A stretch of DNA of 54,965 bases, the filler included, from Basidioascus undulatus (lineage: Eukaryota), in the NCBI GenBank assembly GCA_000826855.1. It is 3 parts of 3 records of this genome, joined end to end, with 100 filler letters (N's around TTAATTAATTAA, not from the genome) between each part and the next. Parts side by side here need not be neighbours in the genome. Positions count along the whole stretch, not along the records: positions 1 to 18,265 come from JTLS01000475.1; 2 more parts are not named here. One strand, given 5' to 3'. The translations under genes and the position numbers were made by a program. Numbering within the stretch: position 1 is the stretch's first letter; every line of letters starts with the position of its first letter. Shown here piece after piece: positions 1-12,274 of the stretch. The notes under the pieces were generated by a model. The model did not search any database. It saw only the letters and a program-made list of their open reading frames with translations, and was not told where the DNA came from.

Positions 1-123
1 TTTCTTCATCCATCTTGCATCTTGACACCAACCCTGCTGGTAGTCCCCGCTGCGGTCTGTCTTACCCAGTCAAGTCCTGACAGCCTGAGCACCGCACGCT
101 AAGACCTCTTCACCCCCACCTCC

Positions 124-782
124 CGCTTCTCGAAGCGCCTATCACCCACATTTCGATGTGCTCGCTCCTCCCAAACTCCCCTCCTGCGTCTCGACGCGTC
201 GGCCAACCCACATTTGGATGTGCTTCTTTCCGCTTCTCGAAGCTTATCTTCCCGCATTTTGATGCGTCATTTTCACCCTCGGGGCACTGCTCTCTTATAC
301 CCGCTTTTTGAAGCGTCTCTCCCGCTCCTCGGAGTGTCCTTTTCCGCTTTTCGAAGCTTCAAGTCCCCCATTTCAAATGCGTCCGCTTCAGCTTTTCGGA
401 GATCTCCATTACCCACAGGCTTTCGAAGCACCTCTCCCCGCTCTCCGCAGCGTTTCTGTCTGGCTTTCGGAGGCTTCTTCGGCCCGCATTTTGTTTGCAT
501 CTTATCCATCCTTCGGGACATTCCACATTTTCATGCTTTTCGAAGCTTCTAACCCCGCATGTCCATGCGTCCCTCTTCGGCGTCTCGATGCTACCTCAAC
601 TCTCCCCGCATCTCGATGCGTCTCTCCGCCAGCATCCCCGAACGCGTTTCCTTCGAGCTTTCGAACTTCCAGCTGTCCCGCTTCTCAAAGCGACCTACGC
701 ATTTCGATGCCCTCCGTCTCCCTGCATCTCGATGCCTACTCGTCCCACTTCTCGTGGTGTCTCTTTCCCGCATTTCGAGGCG
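124..782 (+). repeat. Degenerate tandem array of about 25 mini-hairpins (4-5 bp stem, mostly YTCG tetraloop, pyrimidine-rich spacers, ~20-30 nt period)
   Basis: Units read directly: CGCTT-CTCG-AAGCG (124-137), CACAT-TTCG-ATGTG (147-160), GCGT-CTCG-ACGC (186-197), CACAT-TTGG-ATGTG (209-222), GCTT-CTCG-AAGC (232-243), CGCAT-TTTG-ATGCG (253-266), CGCTT-TTTG-AAGCG (302-315), CGCTC-CTCG-GAGTG (323-336), GCTT-TTCG-AAGC (346-357, 535-546), CGCAT-GTCC-ATGCG (556-569), CGCAT-CTCG-ATGCG (607-620), CGCTT-CTCA-AAGCG (679-692), GCAT-TTCG-ATGC (699-710), GCAT-CTCG-ATGC (724-735), plus weaker copies. Confidence 0.85.
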
Positions 783-1653
783 TTAGTAGCCACTGGGGAG
801 TTGCCGTGGCGGGATCAGTGGGAGGAGCACCGATCGTGCAGGAGGCGTCCGAATGTCTATGAACCCAGGGGGTCTGGCCGTCTTAGGTTGATCGGCTTTC
901 GCGACGTTCTCGCAGTGCCTGTTGCTTCAGCGAAGAGCCAATTTCTGGGACACACTCTTCGCAACCGCCAGCGCTTGCGCCGGTCGGGGTAGAGTTTTCT
1001 TGCCTGGGGGATGTATACCGAGACTATGGTCTGATTTTTGGAAGAGACTGAGACTATCGCCAAACTCTCTATCGCGTCGACGTCGGCATTGGCAGCATTC
1101 CCCTGGGCACGCTCGCATTCTCTGCATCAGAGTCTGTCCTACCTTTCGGCACTGAGATCAGAACGTAGCCCTTGCCTCCTCAGCACGCTATCGTTCAACA
1201 CTGACCGCCGCAATCGCTCTTCTGCACAGCTGCGTCCCTCTTCTCTCTCTCGCTTGCTCAGACAGCACTGACTGAATATTCAGGCATTGCCTTTCCAGGT
1301 ACTATCGAAAAAGAAAAGACTTTGCGCAGGAAAGACCACCTCTTCTGTCTCACGTACTCTACTGCGCGTTTGCCCCGTGCAACAGGCCCTCGCCTCAACG
1401 TGTTCTCTCACATACGTCTCGTGAACAAGGGTGTACTTTCTGCCTTCAAGAACTGCTGATCGAAGAGAAGGAACAACGAAACCGTAAGGCAGATAGCCAG
1501 CAGAGAAGGAAGGTGCAGTTTGTGAGAACCCAGCTCACGTTCTCACGCTAACGCGGGTGTACAGCCCGACATGACAAACAGGACAGATGTGGGAGGATGT
1601 TCAGGGATCAGGACTGACAGTGCATCATGCAAGGGGGTATGAAGAATAATGCA

Positions 1654-2897
1654 TCACTCGTCCTCCTCTTCCAACTCATCCGACTCATCAGAGACCTCCA
1701 TCTCTTCGTCTTCTAGCTTCTGTTGTTCTGGCCGGGGCTTCGGAGTCTCCAAGGTCTCCTCCGAGTCCGCTGAACCCCCGCGCTCGCTCGAGATGGGCGC
1801 GAGCCCGAGCGGACGCTTGCTGACATGTACCCCGAGCGGCGCCGACACGCGTAGTCGAGGCGGGTTCTCGTAAGCCGGGGCGGGCGCGAAGGTGACGAGA
1901 GAGGAGATGGGTAGCGCCATGCGCTGAGGAGGGGATGGTGAACGGGTGTAGGCCGAGGATTCGGAGGGGGATACGGAGGAAGAGCGAGACAAGGGAGGGC
2001 TGTGCGAGGTGGAACTGGTGGAAGCGGTGGACGACATGGACGAGCTTTCAAGGGACGACCTCGAGTGTACCACGTCATGATGTTTGCTACAGGCGCAAGA
2101 GGGTCAATGACTGAACGAACCTCGGTCAAAGATGGAGAAGATGTACTTGAGGATTTGCTTAGCGCCGCCTCTTGATCGCCCGCAGGCGGTCAAGCGGTCG
2201 TACGCTTGTGCTCGAGTGATGTTGCCGACCTTAAAGTCGAACACGGTCTGACGGTCCTCGTCTGTGACGGGATGGCCGTTGCGTCCTCGACCCTTGCCGT
2301 GCAGGTATCGGACGCCTGCAGGGATGGAGGGAGGTGAGAAGCAGCTCATGCGACTTGGTAATACCCAGATGAACGCACCAGGATACTTGTGCTGTGGGAA
2401 ATGCCCGGGTCAGCACGAGAACGAGGAGCGGAATAGGCATCTTGGTACTTGGATGGATCCCCAAACGGCTTGGGCGTCTGGACGAAGGCAGGTCGTTAGG
2501 AGAGTGATCATGATGAATGGGCTCACTGTCAAATGGCTAACTTACAGGTCGACTTTACACCCGCAGCCTCGCCGAGCTCTGCCCACGTTGCGCCTGCACT
2601 GATTCGTGCGGCCAAATCATCGTGCGAGAGCCTAAAGACAGTGCGGCGAGCGTCGAGGTCGGCGCCGGACCGACCAGCTTTGTGCGCGGCTTCGAGTTTG
2701 GCGAGCTGTGAAGAGAATGCAGACTGAGCAAGTGTTTGAACCCTGTGGGACTGATTGGAGAAACATACTCGGTTGGTGAGTTGTCGTTTTGCGCCGATGT
2801 TGTATTTGGCCTGAATGTGCTTGAGGTCGAGCGGCTGGCCCGTGAGCTCGCAGTGGTTGAGCTCGAGCTCCAGTAACGCATAGGTGATGGTAGACAT
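1654..2897 (-). CDS. Hypothetical protein (~320 aa, multi-exon) with an HTH-like segment and a Ser-rich/acidic C-terminal tail
   Basis: ATG at 2897 (MSTITYALLE). GT-AG introns (e.g. 2724-2768, donor at 2545) join ORF pieces into one frame: ...GATWAELGEAAGVKSTYAQAVWGSIQHKYPGVRYLHGKGRG...QILNKHHDVVHSRSSLES...EEEDE*. Confidence 0.6.
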
Positions 2898-5800
2898 TTG
2901 GATCACGTTGGTGTGGGCGTCGGTGGGGTGATGAGAGGAGGTAGAGGGATAGTACGGAGAGGGAGCAGCAGTTGAAGGAAACATTCGGCAAGTGCGCAGA
3001 GCGAGCGTCTCGCTGTCGTCGTTTATAGCACAGCACGGCTTGGACGCCCGCACAGAGTTGATGAGCGCTATGGGATATGTCAAAGGAGACTGTGAAGGGA
3101 GCAAAGCCGTGAACCAGGAATAAACAGCGAGATGTGGGACGTTAAAGTGTCTGAAAGAGGAGCGATTCAAAGATAGAATCAGGTGGGGAGGGGAGAGCTG
3201 GGCTTTTATGCGCTGCGCACTCCGCAGTTGGCCAGCCCATTTTAGGGCACACCACTCGAAGCGTTCTTTATGTGGAATTGATCTTATCCTGACAGCGCCT
3301 CAGCCGGCGGAGAGGCTAGGAAGACTACGTATCTTTTATATTCGGCTCGCTCGCAGCCGCACGCGATGCCGGTCAGGCACGGCCTCCGCGACAGCTATAA
3401 ATGGGCTCACTCAGACGGCCGAGCTCGTTAACGCAGACGACTTGACCAACGCGAAGTCGTCATTTTTTCATTACGGCAGCATCCCTCATGAAGCGTCCTC
3501 TCAGATGGCTGCTTGAGGGTCATCGCATACAGGTCATCGTCCTTGCGCCGCAGTTGTCGAAACACGCAACAAGCATTGAAACTGTTGGGAGCGCAGCCGC
3601 TGCACTCGGCTGACCTCCTTTGCTGCGCTTAACCTTTGCGGGGCAGCGCAGTGGCCCTTTTCCGTCGTGAAATATGAACGTCAAAACGAACGACGCTGTA
3701 TGCTGGCTTACGTCTTTGGGCGTTACGGAGCCGTCGGAGACCACGGTATACACTGCGACCGCTTCTCAGAAGTCGCAGGAAAAAATTCTTTCGGCAAGGA
3801 ATCATTTTAATGTCAATAGAGACGTTTGATGATGAGCACAGGCCTTCTGGAAGCTGGAGTGATCTGTTCATGATGCCGATGCACCGCCTGACAATGCATC
3901 AAATCCGAGCATTGGATGTTTGATATTTGCTCTATTGCTCATGAAGAACGTATCTCGGCCGATGAAAGGTTCGTTATTACCCCTGAGAGTGGATTGATCA
4001 CCGATTGTCACCGACGGGTCTGCCAGGTCCACACTGCACGGCCGCTTGCGTTCACGGAATTGACCATTGTGCCGGAGAATGGTGGGAGTTCTTCATGTTC
4101 TGGGGCTGACTTCATTAACACAAATGATATTTTACAAGAAGTACGGTCAAAACATTGTCTGATACCGTGGTGCATAAGAAGCGAGGCAAGGTCGAGGAGA
4201 CTTGCGTTGGCACGAAGCCTTGCGAATGATCTCCATTATCTTGGGACAGCTTACTGGTACTTTTTCAAGTTATTTTACTCAAAACAAAGCCCATTGCTAA
4301 AGAACATATATGGCCTTCGTTCGTATCGAAGCTCCTGTTTTTGGATAATCAGACTGAGTCTACTTATCAGTTGTTTTCACACATATGAAGCTGACGGGCA
4401 AGCGGCTACGCGGCAAGCTGGAACAGCCAGCACCGAGTGACCGTCACCGAGGTGCGATTTCTGGATGTTTTTGCCCTTTGGTATTCATTTCTCGAGAGCT
4501 TTGGGCGTTTTCGGAGCTGTCCCACACTACATTCAGCCAAGTACACATCAGAAAATTAGGCAAGGTCGAGGACGTAGGTCCAGGCCTGCGTCAGCAGGCG
4601 GAGCAGTTACTTATGGGACATGCATAAGCTTCATGTCCTTGAGCAAATTCAATGATTAAACGCAAGTGTCCCTATCATTGAACCTATGTCCAAGTCTGGT
4701 ACCAGTAACGGGCGGGTACATTGTGTCGTCTTCTCATCCAGCCGGCGCCGGTGCGAAGAAGACAAATGAGAAATCCCACTTCTTCGGTGGTTTTATGAGA
4801 TGGTTTAAGTGTCTTACTTTCTGTACTTTACAGAGACTCCTCGGTGAGTCTGAAAGGCGTACGACTCTATGCAGGCATTGCGCCCGCGCGCGAATGGCGG
4901 GGAAACGGCCACACACCAGGTCAAGATGGCGTGAATGATTGGGACAAGGCACCTACAATGCCTAGATGCATATTATTTTTTTCAGAGCAATATCGACCAG
5001 CTGCCGTCCAAATTTTGAGTGTGACAGGTGTCGAGAGAGTCGAGACGGCTGCAGCTTCCAAATGACATGTGAAACTGGATGCGTCTCTATCGGCCTTATG
5101 AATTTGAAGCACTTGCTAGCTGAACCCAGTCGTCTTCTCGTTGCGTGCAAGTACTGTAACCCCGCCTCATATGAGGTTCGGAATGGAAAAATCGCAATAT
5201 TTATATGCAGTGTGTGCATGAAATATTGAGAAGCAACTCTTCAGAACGAAGACTGCAAGAGCAGCAGGAGATGAAAGCATTTCGGCGCACACTGTCAACA
5301 GCCGCTCCGACGTACTTGCGCGCCGCCTGCAGCTTGACCCGAACACTCATCCGCAAAAGCTCCCAAGCCATTGCTCGCGCTTTCTACATTTATTGCGGCT
5401 CCAGCCGCCAAAAACACGCACATTAACATCGAATCACGATTTGAGCGACCACGACACCTCGACGACTCTACGGCCAGACTGCTCAGGGCCGGAACGCGAC
5501 TTCGCAGGGCCGACCGCTGTAGCTTCGAGAAGGAGGGCTTGCCGAAGGACTGGAGATTGGGCTTATCGCTTAGGTGAATCTTATTTTTCCTGGATCTCAG
5601 CGATGAGAGGTTTGTGTGGATTGGGGATGGAAAAGGCAGCAGAAAATCTGACATCTCCATGTTCTGGCGCTTCGTCTCCCACCAACAGACTTGACACAGC
5701 GCTGGGTAGACCCACACCGCATTGTCTGTCCGCCCGTTCACGACGGAGGATTTTGGATAGTTACAGCACGTCTCGAGGTCTGATCAATTCTCTTCATCTG

Positions 5801-5905
5801 CCCTGATGGTCGCAGGTCTGATCTTGGGCTGGGCATTGCCGGCGCTCTCAGGGAAAGAGAGTGCGAACACGCTTCGTGGATTCTGTTCGCTAGACGCTAC
5901 GCGCG

Positions 5906-8900
5906 ATGGGCAAGCCGAAGAAGCGCTCGCTGAAGCCGGTCAACCGCGGCTTCGCGACGACCTCGGGTGGGTTTTCCCACTTCTCCAGCCTCCATCTTGG
6001 TGCTCACAGCGCAGCTACGGCTCACGCCCGCAGTCGCCAAGAAGGTCATCCCCGCGGAGGAACCACCCGCGGATGCGCCGGGCGGTGCGTCTGAGATTGC
6101 GAGCGACCCGCCCGCTCCGAGCGAGCAGCAGCAGGCGCCCAGTATGTCCGGTGCGGTCGCTGCGAATGGAACGGGCGCGCCAGGCGCGGCGGGCGACGGG
6201 GCGGCAGCGGGCGACTTTGACGAGGCCGCCGTAGAGGAGCACCAGCTCCAGGCTCTCGTGGACAACTTGTGGCCCAAGATCCAGAAGGACGTGGAGCGCA
6301 CAGTCAAGGTGCGTTTGCCTGACTCGACTCGGTGCTATCGGTCGTGGAGTGGGGTTTGGGAGCAGGACGGCTGACCCGTCGAGGTGGGCGGGCTGTGGCA
6401 TTTTCAGGCGGTCGATTTCGACCGTCGTCTGGCCAAGACGTTCCCGTCCCTCAAGGTGCCCGCGAAGTACCGCGAGAGGCTGCACGAGCTCGCACTGGAG
6501 TCGGAGGCGGCTGAGGGTCCGTCTTCTCCGTTACTTCTCGAATCCATTGGTTGCGTTTGATCGTCATCCGCATTTGCTCTCAAAACAGCGCCCAAGCCCA
6601 CGCCGTCCATCTTCTACGAGCCCGAGGAGAAGGTCCTGCTCAAGGTCGGGACGACGTTCGGCGTCCTGAAGAGGCTAGGCTTTACTCCTGAGCGCGCCGA
6701 GGAGTGCCTGCGCGCGATTGCAAGCATCGAGCTCGAGGACGCGCTCAGCTGGGTGCGTTCAGTCTCGGGAGGACAGGCGAGAAACGCGAGCTTGGCGGGC
6801 TGACTCATTTCCGGTGCGAACAGCTTGCTCTGCATTGCCCGGAGGAGGAGCTGTGGAGCATGGCGGAACCTGTGCCTGCTGGTGAGTCGTCCAGCGATCT
6901 CCGGAGAAAAATCTCAGTTGTGTTGATTATTGGTTTTCAACAGAATCTTCGACGCCGACGTTCGTGCCGAACGCAACGCCCGCGCGCACCTCCGGGAGCT
7001 CTACTCCAGGCCGGCGCTCTCCCGAGCTGCCGCTCACGTCCAAGCCTCGCATTCCGCCCCCGTCGCCGCGTGCTCCGCCGACGCCCTCGGCACCGACCGC
7101 AGACGACAAGGCGCGCGTGCTCGCGCGCGCGGCAGCGCAGCTCACGGAGGAGGACGAGGAGAACCCGACGGCCGCGCACGTGCGCTTGAGCATCCAGCTC
7201 AGCGACTTGCAGCGCTCGACGGGCACCGTGCAGGGCCGGAAGGGCAAGAAGGTCGGCGGCAAGGCGGCCAAGGCTGAGAGCGAGGAGGTCAAGGCGCTTA
7301 GGGAGGCTTTGAAGAAGCTCGAGGCAATGTACCTGTTCGACCGGAAGGAGGCGGGTGAGTCTCTGCAGCTCTGGGTATAGGCCTCGGCCACTTGACCAAA
7401 GTGCTCATTGTTGGCGCACTGGGTTTACAGATGCTATGTTCAAGGCCGAGCGAGCTCGACTCGATGACATCGCGCTCCAGGAGCGCCTGAACAAGGCGCC
7501 CATCCCGCCGAAGTCAGATGGCTCGGACGCCCCCGCTGCAAGCGCGAACGGCACTCCGACGCCCTCCGCTCCCTCCTCCGCACCGTCCACGCCTCCCGCC
7601 GCGCCCGCCGCGGAGCTGCCGTCCATCTCGGTCCCCTCCACCCCCGCCACAACGTCCGAGAACGGCGACGACTCGATATTCGGCAACCTCCTCGACGAGA
7701 TGCCGTCGACACTGACCGCCGAGGATGGCACAAACATCACGGTGCGGGACATGCCCTTGCCGAAGCACTTCAACGCGCGGCATGCGCCCAAGGCGCTTCT
7801 CGAGGAGTCCGTCCTCCGCGTCGACAAGTACGCGCTCGTCCAGCTCCGCATCATCTCGGGCGAGAGCCGCGCCGCGGGCGCCGCGGGCGCCGTCAGCTGG
7901 GGCGCGCCGGGCATGAAGGGCCGCTACGCGGACGAGTACGAGATGCGCGAGATCGCGTGCTACGACAACGCCCAGGCGCTCAACTACGTCGCGACCGTCC
8001 TCCTCCACGCGCTCTGGAGCCGCGGACACGCGGGCAGCCAGTTCAAGCCTGCCCAGCTGCCGCCCGTCTTCCGCGACCTCTGGGACGAGCTCGAGGCCCG
8101 GAGAAAGGAGGATGAGGACACGCGGCATCGCGCGGAGATCCAGCGGCTGCGGAGCATCGTCGAGGGCCGGATGAAGGCGTTCAAGCCTAAGGTAGGCGCC
8201 ATTCACAGGGTTCGGGCCTTGCGTGCCGCAATACTAGAGCGCTGACGGGGGGATGCGAGCAGGCCGGCCTGAAAGCGAAGCCTGCTCCTGGCGTGGACGG
8301 CGTCGTCGAGGAGGGCCCGACGATTCAGCAGCGCGACGAGGTCTACTATGAGCATCTGCGCGAGGACTTTATCGTGCGGATGCAGTCGCCTGCGTATCAG
8401 GACATGCTGGTGCGTCTGCCTTTCTCGGTTCATGGATGCAGTCTTTGATCTGACTTGGAGCACCCCATCCTGTGCAGCGCCAACGCAACACCCTCCCCAT
8501 CGCCTCCTACCGCCAAGAGATCCTCGACACGCTCGACAAGTCGCAGATCATTGTGCTATCAGGCGAGACGGGCTGGTACGTCGTGCCTCGCCCCGCAACG
8601 TGTTTCCCGGCTTCCTCGAATGCGCTGACACTGCCGTGCACTCGCTTTACAGCGGCAAGTCTACCCAACTGCCCGCGTTCATCCTCGAGGACAGCCTCCT
8701 CCGCGGCAAACACTGCAAGATCTACTGTACCGAGCCCCGCCGTATCTCGGCCATCTCCCTCGGTCAACGTGTTTCCGCCGAGCTGGGCGAGCCCCCTGGC
8801 GCGGTCGGCACGAATGGCTCCCTCGTCGGTTACGCGATCAGGCTCGAAAGCCAGATCAGCCGGACGACTAGGCTGGTGCGTGTCCTCTCGCGGGGCGGTC

Positions 8901-11900
8901 GAGTTTAATCAACAGGCCGCTGATGACCGGTGGATGTGCACAGGTCTACGCTACGAACGGTATTGCGCTGCGCATGCTCGAGGCCGGCAGCGGCGCGGAC
9001 GGCAAATCGTCTGGCTTTGACGAGCTTACGCACAGTCAGTAATTTCGCTCAGGCCTTCTCGCTACGCGTGCGTGCAGGGCTGAGGACTGGTGCTTTTCCA
9101 GTCATCATCGACGAGGTTCACGAGCGCTCGATCGAGTCTGACTTCCTGCTCATTGTTCTCAAGTCGCTCTTGGAGCAGCGGAAGGACCTGAAGTGCGTGT
9201 CTCCGGCCGTTAGGCGGAATGACAAGGAGCGTTGGTGCTTATTGCGTGGGTTCCAAAACACAGGATCGTCCTCATGAGCGCCACGATCGAGTCGGAAAAG
9301 TTGTCGGCTTACTTCGGCGGGTGCCCCATTCTGAGCGTGCCCGGCCGGACGTTCCCCGTCGACGTCCGCTTCCTCGAGGACGCTGTCGAGTTCAGCCGCT
9401 ACTACATCACCGAGGACTCGCCTTATGCTCGTCGTCGTGCGTCAATCCTTTCGGCAACCCGCTTTTCAACATCTGACGGGTATGCTGATTACTCTGGTGC
9501 ATGCAGGCGACAACAAGCTGGCGGCGAAGGGCAAGGTCAACCTCAACAACTGGAGCGAGGACGCTGCGGTCGCCGCGGACGAAGAGGAGACGGGCGAACA
9601 GCGCACCGATTCTGCCCTCCCGGTCGCGCAGGCGCGGACGTACAGCGCGCAGACGATCAAGACGCTCGATCTCCTCGACGAGTACCTCATCCCTTACGAT
9701 CTCATCGTCCGCACGTTGGAACAAGTGCGGCTTCTACCGCTTTGAGTATGTGTCGCAAGCGCGTCGCGGGCCGCTGATGTTTTCTTCTGGGCTGCAGCTT
9801 TGCAGCGACCCTGGCTACCAGGCGTACTCGAGCGCCACGCTCGTGTTCATGAGCGTTCGTAGCTGATTCTTTGGCTTCGACCCTTCCGATGGGCCAGTGT
9901 TGACCACACCCAATTTCCGGACGCAGGGTCTCGCCGAGATTCGTCGACTCAACGACATGCTGCAAGAGCACCCGATGTTCGGATCCCCCGATTTCCGGAT
10001 CTACCCGCTTCACTCTACCATCGCGTCCGATCAGCAGAGTAAGTCTGCAGTCAAAGACGGCAGGAGACATGTGACTGATCGTTATGCTCTCCTCCGCAGG
10101 CGCTGTCTTCGACGTACCACCTCCCGGCATTCGCAAGGTGCGTTTGAATGTTCGAGCGCCTCTGTCAAAAGGTCAAGCACAACTGACAAACAGTGCGTCA
10201 CAGATCGTCATCGCGACCAACATGTACGAATTGTCGGATGTATCGCGGCTGCGAGCGTAGCTGACGTCTCGTCCACAGCGCCGAGACCGGTATCACCATC
10301 CCCGATATCACTTGCGCGTCCTCATTGCGAAAGCTTGGGCGACCTAGAAGCTCACAGCCCACTATTCAGGTGTCATCGATACCGGCCGTCATCGCGAGAT
10401 GCGCTTCGACGAGAAGAGGCAGATCAGCCGTCTCGTTGAGTGCTTTATTGCGAAGAGGTCCGACGCGTTACCACAAGCTGGCCGTGTTTGATTCTGACTT
10501 TGCCTCCCCCGCGTGCGTAGCAATGCCAAGCAGCGCCGTGGTCGCGCCGGTCGTGTCCAGGAGGGCCTCTGCTTCCATCTGTTCTCGCGTGACCGTTTTG
10601 AGTCGAGGGTAATCTAGCGCTTTGTTCCGATGCTCGAGGCAGTCGCTCATTTCCTTCCTCGCAGATGGCCGACCACCCACTGCCGGAGATGATGCGTCTG
10701 TCGCTGCAAGACCTTGCGCTTCGCATCAAGGCGAGTACACTCGCTTCGCAACAAACGGCTGATGATCACTAACCGTCATTTAATTGCAGATCATGAAAGT
10801 CAAGCTCGGGTTGACGATCGAAGACGTGCTTACTCGCGCACTCGACCCGCCGCTTTCTGTCAACATTCAACGCGCGGTCGCTTCGCTCGTCGAGGTCCGT
10901 CTCTCGCATCGGCGCCCAATCTTATCTTGACCAAGCGCGCTGACGTTTGTCATCGTCTTTGCAGGTCAAGGCACTTACGCCCAGCGAGGAGATCACCGCG
11001 ATGGGCCGCCTGCTCTCGCGTCTGCCTGTCGACGTCCACCTCGGCAAATTCCTCCTCATCTCCGTGCTTCTCGGCTGCCTCGACTCTGCGCTCACCATCG
11101 CAGCTACGCTCAACTCCAAGAGTCCGTTCGTCACGCCGTTCGGTCTTGAGCGCGAGGCGGACAAAGCGAAGGCATCGTTCAACTCTGGTGAGCTTACGAT
11201 CTACACGGCTAAGGATATCGTTTCATGGAGACTGACCGATCCTCCCAGGCAACTCGGACTTCCTGACTATCGCGAACGCCTTCGCCAGCTGGCGCCGCGC
11301 CTCATCGAACGGCCAAAACTTTGTTCGCAAGTTCTGTCGACAGAACTTCCTCAGTCAGCAGGTTGGTTTCTGTTTTGTTCACGGGAGACTTCTTCTTTCC
11401 AGTCCGAAACTGACAGTGGTTCGACAGAACCTGCAACAAATCGAGGAGCTTCGGGTCCAGCTCTTTTCGTACCTCATCGACTCGTCCTTCGTCATCGTCT
11501 CGCCCGAGGAGATGAGGGAAATCAACCGGTGCGCATTCAAGCTGATTTGCCGGAAAGTGTACTCTTTGCTGACCCGCTGGCTGTAGTGCTCGCTTCTCGC
11601 GCAGCGGCCGCGGTCCTACTCGGTTCGTCAATGTCCCGGCTGACCTCAACCGGCATTCCGAGGAACCAGCTATCCTGCATGCGGCGCTCGCAGCCGGCCT
11701 GTTCCCGAAGGTCCTCTCCGTCGACCCGACAAGCTGGCAGCTGCGCACGATCTCCAACAACGCCTCTGCCGCAGTCCACCCCTCCTCGCCCAACTTCGGG
11801 ACGAAGTGCGTACTCTGACTTTTACGACGTCGGGAAGCGCAACACTGAACCAGTATCGTCGTTTAGGTGGTCCGAGCTCGGAACGACGTTCTTGGGCTAC

Positions 11901-12274
11901 TTCACACTGCTCCAGTCGAAGAAGCTTTACGCGCACGAGATCGCGCCGCTGGACGAGATGGCTCTCTTGCTTCTCTGTGGTGAGCTGGACACGAAGGTGC
12001 GTATCGTCTCGTCCGGTTTGCTGTACACTCTAGCTGATTGTCTTATCACCGGCAGCTCGCTTCGGACACGGTCTCGGTCCACAACAAGATCCGCTTCACT
12101 GCCGATCCTCGCGCCGCCATGGGCCTGAAGTACCTCCGCGAAGGGGTGCACGGCGCCCTGAACGGCATGATGAAAGGCAAGGGCTGGACGCCGCAGCAGC
12201 GGAAGGCGTTCGACATCGGTCTGGAGCTTCTCAAGGGGGCGGGCAATGCTGGGAGCGGCGTTGAGGCGCGGTAG
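5906..12274 (+). CDS. DHX29: ATP-dependent DEAH-box RNA helicase, DHX29/DHX57-like (many exons)
   Basis: Starts MGKPKKRSLKPVNRGFATTS. Spliced motifs: SGETGCGKSTQLP (I), CTEPRRISA (Ia), VGYAIRLE, IIIDEVHERS (II, DEVH), LMSAT (III), VPGRTFPV, PLHS, ATNIAETGITIPDITCVIDTG (V), QRRGRAGRV (VI), then HA2 region (LSRLPVDVHLGK) and OB-fold region (VHPSSPNF). Stop TAG at 12272-12274. DHX29 versus DHX57 assignment is by recollection of the family, not by search. Confidence 0.93.

Noticed and set aside
124..782. Array as CRISPR, as heat-shock elements (TTCnnGAA), or as coding sequence
   Set aside because: There are no identical repeats with unique ~30-nt spacers and the host is a eukaryote. Only some units contain TTCnnGAA and the GCAT/ATGC variants destroy it. 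The overlapping ORFs are low-complexity and the period is not a constant multiple of three.
3208..5800. ORFs between the HTH-like gene and the helicase
   Set aside because: No recognisable motifs or consistent splice pattern.
6015..11793. Long antisense and alternate-frame ORFs over the helicase (similar ones over other GC-rich genes)
   Set aside because: Shadow ORFs caused by high-GC codon bias; Arg/Ala/Pro-rich with no motifs.
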